DNA of 64,000 bases from the NCBI GenBank assembly GCA_958296135.2, contig CATQHZ020000001.1:1216001-1280000 (forward strand). The letters run 5' to 3'. This DNA is from an uncultured Poribacteria bacterium (GTDB lineage: Bacteria; Poribacteria; WGA-4E; WGA-3G). Both the position numbers and the translations under genes were made by a program. The notes below the pieces were generated by a model that saw only the letters and a list, made by a program, of their open reading frames with translations, was not told the DNA's origin and did not search any database. Below, one piece after another: positions 1 through 9,883 of the stretch (position 1 is the first letter of the stretch; each line of letters begins with the position of its first letter).

Positions 1-31
1 CGCGGTGCCTTGCGGGGGACGGAGAAAAATC

Positions 32-60
32 TTGACAACTAAACACAAATTGCATACAAT
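32..60 (+). promoter_or_regulatory. sigma70-type promoter
   Basis: TTGACA(32-37)-17 bp-TACAAT(55-60), upstream of GGGAG RBS and ATG at 97. Confidence 0.7.
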
Positions 61-96
61 ACACAATGAATACATTTCAGATAAAGGGAGCCTGAC

Positions 97-1266
97 ATGG
101 CAGAACGAATTAAAATGGGATTAGTCGGTTGCGGTGGGATGTCTGGTGCGCACATGGGCGGCTATCGCGAGTTGTGGGCGAAAGGCATCCGGGATTACGA
201 CATCGTCGCGGCGTGCGATATCGCGCAGGAACGTGCCGAGGAACGCGCGAATCAGGCGCACGAATTCCAAGGCGGCACGAAGCCCGCGGTGTATACTGAA
301 CTTGATGAGATGCTTGCGAAGCATCCCGATTTGGAATGCGTGGACATCTGCGCGTTGCATAGCGCGCACCACACTCTCGCTGTGCCGGCATTGGATGCAG
401 GGAAGCATGTCATCATCGAGAAGCCGTTCGGCATTACGATGCGCGCCTGCAAACTGATGATGGAAGCGGCGGAGAGAAATGACAAAATCATCTCTGTCGC
501 CGAGAACTATCGGTTGGCGCGCGGCCAACGCACTCGTCGATGGGCAGTTGCCGAAGGACGCATCGGGGAACCGCGCATGTTCTTCTGGATTGAGGTGAAC
601 GAAGGCTTGGGGAAGTGGGGTTGGCGCAACTTCAAGATGGATGCAGGCGGCGGCTGGGCATTGGACGGCGGCGTGCATTTCACCGATCTGATGCGCTTTA
701 TTCTGGGCATGGAGGCCGAGGAAGTCTACGCCATAAATAAGGCTTATGAGCCCTTCCGTTATGACAATCCCGCCGAGAGAGAAGGGGGTTACGCCGTTGA
801 CGTTGAAGACGCGATGATAGCCACCATTAAGTTTGAGCAAGGCGTTACGGCACAGTGGACCTGGGTTGGCTCCGCACCCGGACACCATTTCAATCAACAC
901 ACCGTTTACGGCAGTGAAGGCGCGCTTGATTTTCGGCAGGGGTTGATACCGCGCGGCGGCGAACCTATCCCTAATAACGAACTGGAGCGGGAGTTCATGG
1001 ACAGCCTCAGCGACGCTGAACGTGAATACTATTTCCCCGGTGGCATTGAAGATACCGTCGCGATTGAGCTCAAATATTTCGCCGATGCAATTCGGAACGA
1101 TGGCAAACCCGAAGTTGATGGCTTGGAGGGTTTACGTTCTGAGGCTATCTGCATGGCGGTGTATGAATCGGGGTGGTTCGGCCGCCCAGTGACAATCGCG
1201 GAAATTGAGAGCTGCGAATTGGAAGGGTATCAGCAGGAGATTAACGAGCACCTCGGCATTCAGTAG
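97..1266 (+). CDS. Gfo/Idh/MocA family oxidoreductase
   Basis: N-terminal GLVGCGGM Rossmann motif, EKP motif, AENYR, DGGVH. Confidence 0.9.
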   Translation: MAERIKMGLVGCGGMSGAHMGGYRELWAKGIRDYDIVAACDIAQERAEERANQAHEFQGGTKPAVYTELDEMLAKHPDLECVDICALHSAHHTLAVPALDAGKHVIIEKPFGITMRACKLMMEAAERNDKIISVAENYRLARGQRTRRWAVAEGRIGEPRMFFWIEVNEGLGKWGWRNFKMDAGGGWALDGGVHFTDLMRFILGMEAEEVYAINKAYEPFRYDNPAEREGGYAVDVEDAMIATIKFEQGVTAQWTWVGSAPGHHFNQHTVYGSEGALDFRQGLIPRGGEPIPNNELEREFMDSLSDAEREYYFPGGIEDTVAIELKYFADAIRNDGKPEVDGLEGLRSEAICMAVYESGWFGRPVTIAEIESCELEGYQQEINEHLGIQ

Positions 1267-1408
1267 GCGTGTTTGATTCTGTAATCGGCCCGCCTGTCCG
1301 TAGGGAGTGTCCTTCCGTTCTTGACGCGTGCGGTCCGGTAGAGTAGGCTGTCTGCGACGAAAAGCACGCAGCAGAAGCGGTGAATTGGATGTAATTTGGG
1401 AGTCAACT

Positions 1409-2224
1409 ATGAATCGATTGAGCGGAAAAGTTGCCATTGTTACGGGGGCTGGGCGAAAAGGCGCGGTCGATGGCACCGGCTATGCGACATCTATGCTGTT
1501 CGCACGGGAGGGCGCGAAGGTGCTCCTGGCGGATATCTCTCCCGAAAATGCCAATGCGACGCTCGCGGAGATTGAGGCGTGCGGCGGCGAAGCATCGGTG
1601 TTCATCGGCGATCTTTCCAAAGAGGCGGACTGCGCCGCGATGGTAGATGCCGCTGTTGCGCAGTTCGGAAAAGTGAACGTCTTGTTCAACAACGTTGGTT
1701 TGGGTGGCTCCGGCATGGTGACGCAGGTGGTAGAGGAAAAGTGGGACCGCGTTATGGATGTGAACCTGAAAAGCATGATTATGGCGTGCAAGCATGCGGT
1801 GCCGCGGATGGCAGAGGCGGGCGGCGGTTCCATCATCAACGTTTCGTCTATTGATGCGTTGCGCGCTGGTTCTTCGCGAAACGTGCCTTACGCTGCGGCG
1901 AAAGGCGGCATGATTTCGGCGACGAAGGTGATGGCTGTGCATCACGGTAGGGATAACATCCGCGTCAATTGCATTGCGCCGGGGCATCTCTATGCCTCAT
2001 TTCCTGCGCCGTATCTGAGCGAGGCGGAGCGGGAACGCCGTCGGCTCATCGGCCCACTCGGCACCGAGGGCACTGCGTGGGATGTTGCGTGGGCCACCGT
2101 TTTTCTCGCTAGCGATGAATCCAAATGGATTTCGGGGGTAGTTATTCCGATTGATGCGGGATTGCTCGCTGCAACGCCGCTCGCCGTTGTGCATCAGCTT
2201 GACGAAAGGGGAGATAACGCATGA
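1409..2224 (+). CDS. SDR family oxidoreductase
   Basis: LSGKVAIVTGAG, NNVG, YAAAK catalytic motif, IRVNCIAPG; start moved to ATG 1409 after GGGAG. Confidence 0.9.
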   Translation: MNRLSGKVAIVTGAGRKGAVDGTGYATSMLFAREGAKVLLADISPENANATLAEIEACGGEASVFIGDLSKEADCAAMVDAAVAQFGKVNVLFNNVGLGGSGMVTQVVEEKWDRVMDVNLKSMIMACKHAVPRMAEAGGGSIINVSSIDALRAGSSRNVPYAAAKGGMISATKVMAVHHGRDNIRVNCIAPGHLYASFPAPYLSEAERERRRLIGPLGTEGTAWDVAWATVFLASDESKWISGVVIPIDAGLLAATPLAVVHQLDERGDNA

Positions 2225-3261
2225 GGAATGCACTCTACTTCGGCGATAACCTGAAGGTGATGCGCGAGATGCAGCGGGGCAGTTACCACGTTTGCTATCT
2301 CGATCCGCCCTACAACAGCGGCCGCAACTACAACCTCTTTCTCGCCGGGTCCAAGGTGCAACAGAAGGCGTTTGACGATATCTGGCGGTGGGACGACGCG
2401 GCGCGCGAGAATCAAGAGGCTGTCCTCCGCTACGATGGCCGGCACCCCGAGCTGGTTGAGACGATGGCCGATTTATCGTGTTGTCTCAGTGGTTTTAACA
2501 CAATGTTGAGGGCATCTAAGGGCCGAAGTGAAGCCGAGTCGATGCGCGCTTATTTGGCGTTCATGGCACCGCGGTTGGCAGAGATTTGGCGGTTGCTGTC
2601 CCCGAACGGTAGCGTTTACCTGCACTGCGATGCGCACGCCAGTCACTATCTGAAATGCATGATGGACGTGATTTTTGGCGCGCGGCAGTTCCGGAACGAG
2701 CTCGTGTGGTGTTATTCGGGTGGCGGCATCCCACGCAAGGATTTCCCGCGGAAGCACGACGTGATTTTACGATATGCCCGCGGCGAAGAGGTGCTCTTCA
2801 ACGTTGAGCGGAAACCCTACAAAGCGAATACACAGCAAGTCGGTAAGCATAGCACCTTAAGCGGTGGGCATGAGATTGACTTAGCCAGGGGGACACCTGT
2901 CACGGATTGGTGGACGGATATAAAAACGGTTACGGGATGGAATCCTGAGAAGCTCGGGTATCCGACGCAGAAACCGCGCGCCCTCTTGGAACGTATCATC
3001 AAGGCATCTTCCAATCCCGGTGACATCGTCTTCGATCCCTTCTGTGGCTGCGGCGCGACAGTGGACGCAGCGCACGGCTTGGGGCGGCACTGGGTTGGCA
3101 TCGAGCTCACCGTTCTTGCTTTGGAGCCGATGGAGCGGCGGCTCCGAGAACGTTATAAACTTCGCCCGAATGTAGATTACCGTATTGAAGGATATCCCAG
3201 GACGCTGCAAGATGCCCTCCTTCTCGCGGAACAGAATCCTACTGAGCGGTTACGCGTGTAG
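2221..3261 (+). CDS. beta-class (N4/N6) DNA methyltransferase; C-terminal Mrr-like domain broken
   Basis: YFGDNL, DPPY, YPTQKP and DPFCGCG motifs; paralog of 58662-60150; continuation FEPKPHSNDGGFDG lies in another frame (~3263-3306). Confidence 0.85.
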   Translation: MRNALYFGDNLKVMREMQRGSYHVCYLDPPYNSGRNYNLFLAGSKVQQKAFDDIWRWDDAARENQEAVLRYDGRHPELVETMADLSCCLSGFNTMLRASKGRSEAESMRAYLAFMAPRLAEIWRLLSPNGSVYLHCDAHASHYLKCMMDVIFGARQFRNELVWCYSGGGIPRKDFPRKHDVILRYARGEEVLFNVERKPYKANTQQVGKHSTLSGGHEIDLARGTPVTDWWTDIKTVTGWNPEKLGYPTQKPRALLERIIKASSNPGDIVFDPFCGCGATVDAAHGLGRHWVGIELTVLALEPMERRLRERYKLRPNVDYRIEGYPRTLQDALLLAEQNPTERLRV

Positions 3262-3348
3262 GTTTGAGCCCAAGCCGCACAGCAACGATGGCGGGTTTGA
3301 TGGCAGTAAGGTGTGCGGTTTGAAACCGCGCCTACTGGCACTGCAGGA

Positions 3349-5343
3349 TTATGAGGGCAGCGCGAAATAGCCTATCCCGGTGAAAAAGCCGACTATCATC
3401 CACACGCCAACCATCACGTATTCGCCGAAAATTAAGCCGAACGCGACCGGACGCAGCTTCCGATATGTCGTGGCACCGCCGAACTTGAGCGCGCTGTATT
3501 TAATGAACCACCCGATTAAAATCGAAGACCAGAGGTGGAACGGTGGATACGTTGCGCCGAGCAAGTAGCCGATAGGATGGAGGGACCACCACACAAAATT
3601 TTGGCGCATCCAGAGCATGAAGCCGGTAAAACCGGCCCCTGCAATCATGCTGTAAACTTCGTCCCACTTTGTCTCACTGGGGAATTGGATGAGGCTGCTC
3701 ATCCGTTGGAAATAGTTGCGTGGCGCGACGACGAAACTCCAGCTCTGCAGAAACAACGCGCCTTTGTCATAGATGAGCGTCAGCGAGAAGTAAACGGAGA
3801 CGATAACTGCGACGACAATCGCTGCCCCCATTATCGGCACGACTTTTCTGCGGCCAAGTCGGACTTCGTCGGCGGCTTTGAAGCTGTGCAGGAAGTTCGG
3901 CATCATGAATTCGCCCCAGTCGCGCAGGAACGTGCGCTGGAAACTGAGAATGGCGAGGCTTTTCTGCCCTAACGCGCCCGAGCCAAGCGTTATGTCGATG
4001 TATTCTGAAGGGAAAAAAGGTGCCTGCACCAGCAACAGTCCGCCGTTCACCACCATCCATGTTAAGACAATAGACGTGATAAAAATGGAGAGTAGTGTCA
4101 GCACGGCTACCCACGTTGTCATGCCGGCGACGACTAAGAAGCCGGTGAGGATGGCGAAGCCGAGGAGGAATCCGAGCAGTGCTACGCGATACGGGAGCGG
4201 TTCATTGGAATCGTCTATGAGTTCACTCGTCTTATCGTAAGGGTGGATGTTGATATCCGCCCGTTTTCGCTCGATACCGAACGTTTTCCTAAAAATCGTT
4301 GCGATGTGTTCGCGTCCCATCCAGAAAACAGCCGGCACAAAGATGAGATAGCCGCCCATCACCTGACGGCTGCAACTAATCCACGGGCTAATGCTCAACC
4401 CGCTAGCGTTCATGATAATGTATTGGAGTTTGAAAAAGAGGTAGAAGAACCAGAGGCTGAACGACACTTCAAGCGTTAGCAGTGAGGCGATGCCGATGAC
4501 GGAAAAATAGATGACAAGGCGCATCGCGGGCCACCAGCCGAGGGTATGCCACGGTTTCTCGGTAAAGGCGCGGTGGATGTTGTAAATTAGCGGGATTTCT
4601 GGCACCGTCGGGAAGTGCGCATGCAACCCATTGATGAGATGCAAGATTACCGGCAGCACCATCCCTGCCCACAGCAGTCTGTTTTTGAAAAAGGCGTTGA
4701 GCAGCGTGCCGCGTGCCGGTTCCGCCGCCAGTTGAATAGGAATCTGAATTAGTGGGAACGAGAACCGTTCGCGTTCTACCCACTGCTTCCGGAGAATCGT
4801 TGAGAGGCAGAGCGTTGTGAGATAGAAAATGAGGACGAAGAGCCCCCAGATGAGCAGCGGCTTCATCCACAGCAGCCACGGCACGCTTTCGCCGGGTGAG
4901 ATGCCTTCATAGAAATCGGTAACCGCGCGCGTATCCGTGATTATCATCCACTCTGGGATGTGCGGGTGGAGGGTTTCCGCCCAATCGTTCTCGGTGGTGG
5001 CGAAGTAACGCAGCGCGACGAGTGAGGGGAGCAGAAATTGCAGCAGCCCCATTGAAGGGATGCCCACGGCGACGATGAGCATCATCCAGACGACGGTCAA
5101 TTCCGTCGCGGAGAAGACGAAGAGGCCGCGCTTTATTAACTTCCGCAACGGGACATTGACGAGGAACACCAACAAGAGGAGCCCGAAGATCGAACCGACG
5201 GGGAGATGGTTGCCTGCAATCTTGGAATTTTGTAGGAAATAGTTGTTATAGGGCGTGATAGCACACATCGCGCCTACTAAAAGCAATCCTACGATGATGG
5301 CAGGAAATCGGATTTTTGTATTTGGTGTGTTGCTTGGTTTCAT
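3349..5343 (-). CDS. polytopic membrane protein, DUF6785/DUF6784-like (putative transporter)
   Basis: Many hydrophobic segments; QWVERERFSFPL and WWSLHPIGYL motifs. Confidence 0.7.
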   Translation of the reverse strand: MKPSNTPNTKIRFPAIIVGLLLVGAMCAITPYNNYFLQNSKIAGNHLPVGSIFGLLLLVFLVNVPLRKLIKRGLFVFSATELTVVWMMLIVAVGIPSMGLLQFLLPSLVALRYFATTENDWAETLHPHIPEWMIITDTRAVTDFYEGISPGESVPWLLWMKPLLIWGLFVLIFYLTTLCLSTILRKQWVERERFSFPLIQIPIQLAAEPARGTLLNAFFKNRLLWAGMVLPVILHLINGLHAHFPTVPEIPLIYNIHRAFTEKPWHTLGWWPAMRLVIYFSVIGIASLLTLEVSFSLWFFYLFFKLQYIIMNASGLSISPWISCSRQVMGGYLIFVPAVFWMGREHIATIFRKTFGIERKRADINIHPYDKTSELIDDSNEPLPYRVALLGFLLGFAILTGFLVVAGMTTWVAVLTLLSIFITSIVLTWMVVNGGLLLVQAPFFPSEYIDITLGSGALGQKSLAILSFQRTFLRDWGEFMMPNFLHSFKAADEVRLGRRKVVPIMGAAIVVAVIVSVYFSLTLIYDKGALFLQSWSFVVAPRNYFQRMSSLIQFPSETKWDEVYSMIAGAGFTGFMLWMRQNFVWWSLHPIGYLLGATYPPFHLWSSILIGWFIKYSALKFGGATTYRKLRPVAFGLIFGEYVMVGVWMIVGFFTGIGYFALPS

Positions 5344-5372
5344 GTGTGTTGATGCAGGGAACGGCCTCGTCC

Positions 5373-5530
5373 CGTAGCGCGGTGGCCTGTCTCTCGCGAG
5401 CGTGCGCCCTAGGCGAGAACCGTGTATGCTCGTGGTCCTGCCGGTTCTTGGTAGTTCGCAGCATGGCGCGGGGAACGCTAGACCCTCGCCCTACGGTAAA
5501 GGGGCAGTGTAGGGCGAGGGACAGAACCGC
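5373..5530. repeat. GTAG-type REP cluster (family 2)
   Basis: GTAGCGCGGTGGCCTGTCTCTCGC, CCCTCGCCCTAC, GTAGGGCGAGGG. Confidence 0.65.
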
Positions 5531-5534
5531 CCTA

Positions 5535-6995
5535 TTAAGCACCTTCCCTAACCGATGGCCGATAAAGACAAGTCTCCGCATCCACGACGCGGCCGTCGGG
5601 TAAGGTATACTGATTCGGGGTGCCGCGTCCCCAGGGCTCAGCGAACTCTCGGCTCCGCTGTTTATCTGCCGCCTGCTGTTGCGCGACTGCCTCCCAGTTA
5701 AATCCTGCCATCAGTTTTTCGCGCAATTCTGCCTCGACCTGTTGATATTCTGTCTTCCCTGAGAGGTTCTCAAATTCGCCCGGGTCGGCGGCTAAATCGA
5801 ACAGGATAGGTTCGTCTGTTGGAAAAGCGGCGTATTTATAGTGCGCGGTGCGCAGCATGCGCATGGGGCCCGTCGTCTGGTTTGCCCAGTATTCGGTAAT
5901 CGCCGTGTTGCGCCAATCGTCCGTGTTGCCTGCCATGAGTTTTGTCATATCCGAACCGTCCAAGCCATTGGGAATAGGAATGCCCGCGCTTGCGCATAAG
6001 GTAGGAAACAGATCGTTCAGTTCTACCGGTGCGTTGATGCGCCCGCGTTGCCCCGGGTCTTTCTGTCTATCGGCAATGATGAGCGGTACGCGCGCGGCTG
6101 CCTCATAGTAACTCGATTTCCACCACTGTCCGTGTTCCCCCGCCATTTCGCCGTGGTCTGTGGTATAGACGATGATGGTGTTCTCTAACAGCCCGTCGCG
6201 TGCTAAAAGAGCGAGGAGATCGCCGATGCATTCGTCAAGGAATTCGCAGCAGGCGTAGTAAGCGGCCCGGGCTTTTCGCGCCTCTTCCGCCGGGATGTCC
6301 GCGGTGTTGAAGTTCTCTCGGAGTCCTTTCGCGAACGGGTGCGTCTGTTCCAAATGTCCATCGGGGATGTGCGGCATATCGACGTTATCGGGCCAATACT
6401 TATCAAAAAGTCGTTTCGGCACCGTGAGCGGGAAGTGGGGGCGGCTATAACTGGCGAGCAGGAACCACGGCTTTTCGCGTGGGTGAGCTCGGAGGTATTC
6501 CAGTGTTTCGGTGTTGATGACGCGTTCTTGGAGCATACTCGCCGGGATTTCAGTGATACCTGCGAGCCTTGTGCGTTGGCGGTTGCCGCGCGGCGTGATG
6601 AGCGGGTCTGTCTGGTGTCCGGCGTATCCCCGCAAATCGCCGTAGGGGCGCGATTGGAAGCCGTTGAGTTGCTCCTTGCCGCCGAAGTGCATTTTTCCGA
6701 TGAGCGCGGTGCTATAGCCGTGTTGCGCGAAGTGTGCTGGCATCGTGAGATGTTCTGGGAAAAGAATAGAACCGTTATCCCATGCGGAGCATCGGTGCGC
6801 GTGCTTCCCTGTCAACATGCACATTCGTGAAGGTGTGCAGAGCGGTACCTGACAATAGGCGTTCTCAAAGTAGGTGCCCGATTCAGCGAGCCGGTCGAGA
6901 TTCGGCGTTTGCACGATAGGATTGCCTTCACATCCGATGGCGTGTGGGCTGTGTTCGTCACTCATCAGAAAGAGGATGTTCGGTTGTTGAGACAT
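5535..6995 (-). CDS. sulfatase (choline-sulfatase-like)
   Basis: PNILFLMSDEH, CTPSR (CxPxR formylglycine motif), GKMHF, TTDHG. Confidence 0.9.
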   Translation of the reverse strand: MSQQPNILFLMSDEHSPHAIGCEGNPIVQTPNLDRLAESGTYFENAYCQVPLCTPSRMCMLTGKHAHRCSAWDNGSILFPEHLTMPAHFAQHGYSTALIGKMHFGGKEQLNGFQSRPYGDLRGYAGHQTDPLITPRGNRQRTRLAGITEIPASMLQERVINTETLEYLRAHPREKPWFLLASYSRPHFPLTVPKRLFDKYWPDNVDMPHIPDGHLEQTHPFAKGLRENFNTADIPAEEARKARAAYYACCEFLDECIGDLLALLARDGLLENTIIVYTTDHGEMAGEHGQWWKSSYYEAAARVPLIIADRQKDPGQRGRINAPVELNDLFPTLCASAGIPIPNGLDGSDMTKLMAGNTDDWRNTAITEYWANQTTGPMRMLRTAHYKYAAFPTDEPILFDLAADPGEFENLSGKTEYQQVEAELREKLMAGFNWEAVAQQQAADKQRSREFAEPWGRGTPNQYTLPDGRVVDAETCLYRPSVREGA

Positions 6996-7143
6996 TTGGG
7001 GCTCCATTTGTTGGGAAACTGCCCTTGAACCCTGTATCAATAGGGTAAGGTTTCATGTATGTGGAAATCAACGCCGAAGGGCAACACAATGTCTGCATCT
7101 TTTTTGGCAAAGTGCTGTGAGAAATCGATGAGCGTGAATCCCA

Positions 7144-7314
7144 CTAAATTAATTTGACAATCACAACGATGCGAGTGTAATTGTGAGGCAGCCCGTCAAA
7201 ATCTTTGTAATACGTGAATTTGTGCGGGTCTGTCGGCGACTGTTTTCTTCTGCCCGTTCGGACGGTTGAGAGAATTTCATTGAGGTAATTTCTTGCCCTA
7301 TTTGTTGATGACAT
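7144..7314 (-). pseudogene. 56-codon ORF, probable eroded RNase-toxin-like gene
   Basis: Hand-translated: MSSTNRARNYLNEILSTVRTGRRKQSPTDPHKFTYYKDFDGLPHNYTRIVVIVKLI*; below the ORF-track cutoff. Confidence 0.35.
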
Positions 7315-7350
7315 GCCGCACCAATCCGCCTCTGCACTTCTTCTGTTTAT

Positions 7351-7379
7351 AGTTTACACGATTTTTCATGAAAAGTCAA
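7351..7379 (-). promoter_or_regulatory. sigma70-type promoter
   Basis: TTGACT-17 bp-TAAACT on minus strand. Confidence 0.55.
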
Positions 7380-7546
7380 GTCCATTTTTTCTTTTTTCTT
7401 AGCGATTCAGTTTTCGGATAAAAGGAATCTCTTTAGGGCTGTAGGATTGAATGTCTATAGCACGTTGGGACCGGCAATGCACAAGGGCTGTAAGCCCTTA
7501 ATGTGTCTTTAATTTCACAGTATGCTCCATCAATACGACGAACTCC

Positions 7547-9814
7547 CTAATCCTGCAAATCCCGCTTTATGTGAAATACTGAAGAATGGGAAGGTTGCGC
7601 AGGACGTACCCCGATGCCCATGCCAATAGCCGGTAGCACGGTGTCGGAAATATCGCGGGAATAGTCAAAAATTGTCCAGCCAGAGGCACCTAAAAACCGG
7701 GAGAGGTAAATTTGTCCGACGACAGCATCCGCCGTGAGGATGGAATTGGTGGCAGTCGCGCCGATGCCGGGGTAAATCGTAAACCCTTTGGGGAGTAGCG
7801 ACAATTGGTTTTCTAACAAATCGGTGAAATAGCTAAGGTCATCGGTGTAATTCATCGGGCAGACGAAATCGAGGTAACCTGCCTTCGCCCATGCAACCCA
7901 GTCTTGTCCGATGGAGGTGACACACGCGGGATAGCCGCCGAACACGGCGGCGGAGATTTTGATGTCCGGTTTGAGTTCGCGGGCGCGTTTATGGAGCATC
8001 CGCACAAGGCGGGTTATCTGTTGCGCGCGCCATTCGGTATACGCGTTCCCCAAAAATTGAGACTGGGTGGGTTCTCCGGCGGGTGAGAGTCGAGACCGGG
8101 AGGTCTCTCCTACAGGTGAGAGTCGAGACCGGGAGGTCTCTCCTACAGGGAGGACGGATGCGGGCCACTCGTCAATCTTCGTTTTCGTGGTGCTGGCGAA
8201 TCGCTGATGGCATTCTTCGCAATAACAGGCGTGCGCGCCCGGATAACGGATGTAATCTAACTGGATGCCATCAATGTCGTAGTTTTCCACAATTTCTAAG
8301 AGGACATTGAGTTCTAGTTTCACGTTTTCGGGGTGCGAGGGACAGAGCCAGTTGAGCGGTTCGCCGGTTGCGGAGACTTGCGTTCGTCCGGCGGCCCGCA
8401 TTTTTTCGATGAATTCTTTGGGCGCGCCTTCTAAATTCCACGTAATTTTCCAGATATGCACCTCTAACCCGTGCAGGCGCGCCGCTTGAATGCACTGTTC
8501 AACCTGGTCTCCGTAGCGTGTGAACGTTTCACTGGGCGGGAGAAATGCGCTTGGATAATGCGCTGCCCCCGCCCGTGCCATATTCGGGATGAGCATGTTT
8601 ATTCCGGCTTCGGCTAATTCTTTCGCGGAATGTTCCCAGTCTCCTGGGTACGCGCCGAGCCCGGAGTGATTCCACACGGCGCGTCCCTCCCTTGCCAAGG
8701 ACTGTCCTGCATCGCGTAGGGCAGATGCCTGTCCCTCGTTTTCTGCATCCCGTAGCGCGAGGGCCTGTCCCTCGCGAATGTTGTCGTGAGAGAGATGGTA
8801 TGCTTTTGAAAGCGCGTCGCGGCCGGCACGCGCCGTGGCTATCGCTTCGTCATACGCTGCGCGGGTATACGCGGCACGGGCCTGTTCTACCAAATCCTGT
8901 CCGGTTTGCAACGCTGCAATCGCGTCAGTGTTCCGGTTCCGTTCGACAAACTTAGCCAACGCTTCATGCTGTTGCGTATGCCCAATCTGCGAGGTGTCAT
9001 CCACCGCATTTTTTGCGATGGTGCGCCGAAATTCGGGGACTAAATGGCCCAACAGCGCGGCGAGCATCCGTTTCTTCTTCTGGATGTCGTCTGGAAGAAA
9101 GACGTGACTGAAGAATGCGCCCGATTGTGCTAAAAAGAGTGCTGGCAAGCCGGTGTTTTCACCTGCTGCATTATGCCAGTGGCCGATGATTTTCGTTTGC
9201 GGTGAAGTCGGTTCCGCCACCGTGATGTTCCACGATGCTTGTCGGACGACTTCCGGCATTCCCTGCACCTCGGGGGCACTCAGGTGAATGGAGGCGAACT
9301 GCCCTGGTTGTTCCTCGCGCAGCCAATCTGTCTGCTGAAGGTGAAGCAGTTGTGCCACCTCATCTGCTAAACTATACGTCACCAACAACTTCCCACTGCC
9401 TGCGACAAACTCTTTCAGGTATTCTGCCATTTTTGGCGAGATCTCCGCGTTCATGGGGAGGATGAGCAACCGTCTTTGAACCGTAGCGCGGGGGCCTGTT
9501 CCTCGCTGTCTTTCCGCAATAAGCGCCGCTTCCTCAATCGTATCAGCTGCAAATCCGATGCCCTCCAGCATCCGAGTCAGCCGTTTGCTCGTTGAACGCG
9601 CGTATCCGACATCGGCCTGTTTCACGCCTTCCCCGGCAGTCGGTAAAACAATTCCGATTTCCGCTGGTGCTGCTGCGAGCGTAAACGCGCCGACTCCATA
9701 GAGTAAGGCACAGATGAGGAGAAGCAGATAAAGCTGCAGGAACCGCCGCCGAGATTTTCGACAACTCCACAGCGTGCAAGGCACCGTATTCTCAGGTAAC
9801 CATACAGATAACAT
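7547..9814 (-). CDS. family 10 glycosyl hydrolase-like (GHL10/DUF187) protein
   Basis: GLEVHIW, WLCPSHP, YDIDGIQLDYIRYP, QDWVAW, DFVCPMNY; AAGGAGG RBS before ATG 9814. Confidence 0.8.
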   Translation of the reverse strand: MLSVWLPENTVPCTLWSCRKSRRRFLQLYLLLLICALLYGVGAFTLAAAPAEIGIVLPTAGEGVKQADVGYARSTSKRLTRMLEGIGFAADTIEEAALIAERQRGTGPRATVQRRLLILPMNAEISPKMAEYLKEFVAGSGKLLVTYSLADEVAQLLHLQQTDWLREEQPGQFASIHLSAPEVQGMPEVVRQASWNITVAEPTSPQTKIIGHWHNAAGENTGLPALFLAQSGAFFSHVFLPDDIQKKKRMLAALLGHLVPEFRRTIAKNAVDDTSQIGHTQQHEALAKFVERNRNTDAIAALQTGQDLVEQARAAYTRAAYDEAIATARAGRDALSKAYHLSHDNIREGQALALRDAENEGQASALRDAGQSLAREGRAVWNHSGLGAYPGDWEHSAKELAEAGINMLIPNMARAGAAHYPSAFLPPSETFTRYGDQVEQCIQAARLHGLEVHIWKITWNLEGAPKEFIEKMRAAGRTQVSATGEPLNWLCPSHPENVKLELNVLLEIVENYDIDGIQLDYIRYPGAHACYCEECHQRFASTTKTKIDEWPASVLPVGETSRSRLSPVGETSRSRLSPAGEPTQSQFLGNAYTEWRAQQITRLVRMLHKRARELKPDIKISAAVFGGYPACVTSIGQDWVAWAKAGYLDFVCPMNYTDDLSYFTDLLENQLSLLPKGFTIYPGIGATATNSILTADAVVGQIYLSRFLGASGWTIFDYSRDISDTVLPAIGMGIGVRPAQPSHSSVFHIKRDLQD

Positions 9815-9883
9815 AATGAATTCCTCCTTTGCAGACGATTTATCATCGCGCCGCAAGTTTCGGACAGATATAGCAGGCTGTCC

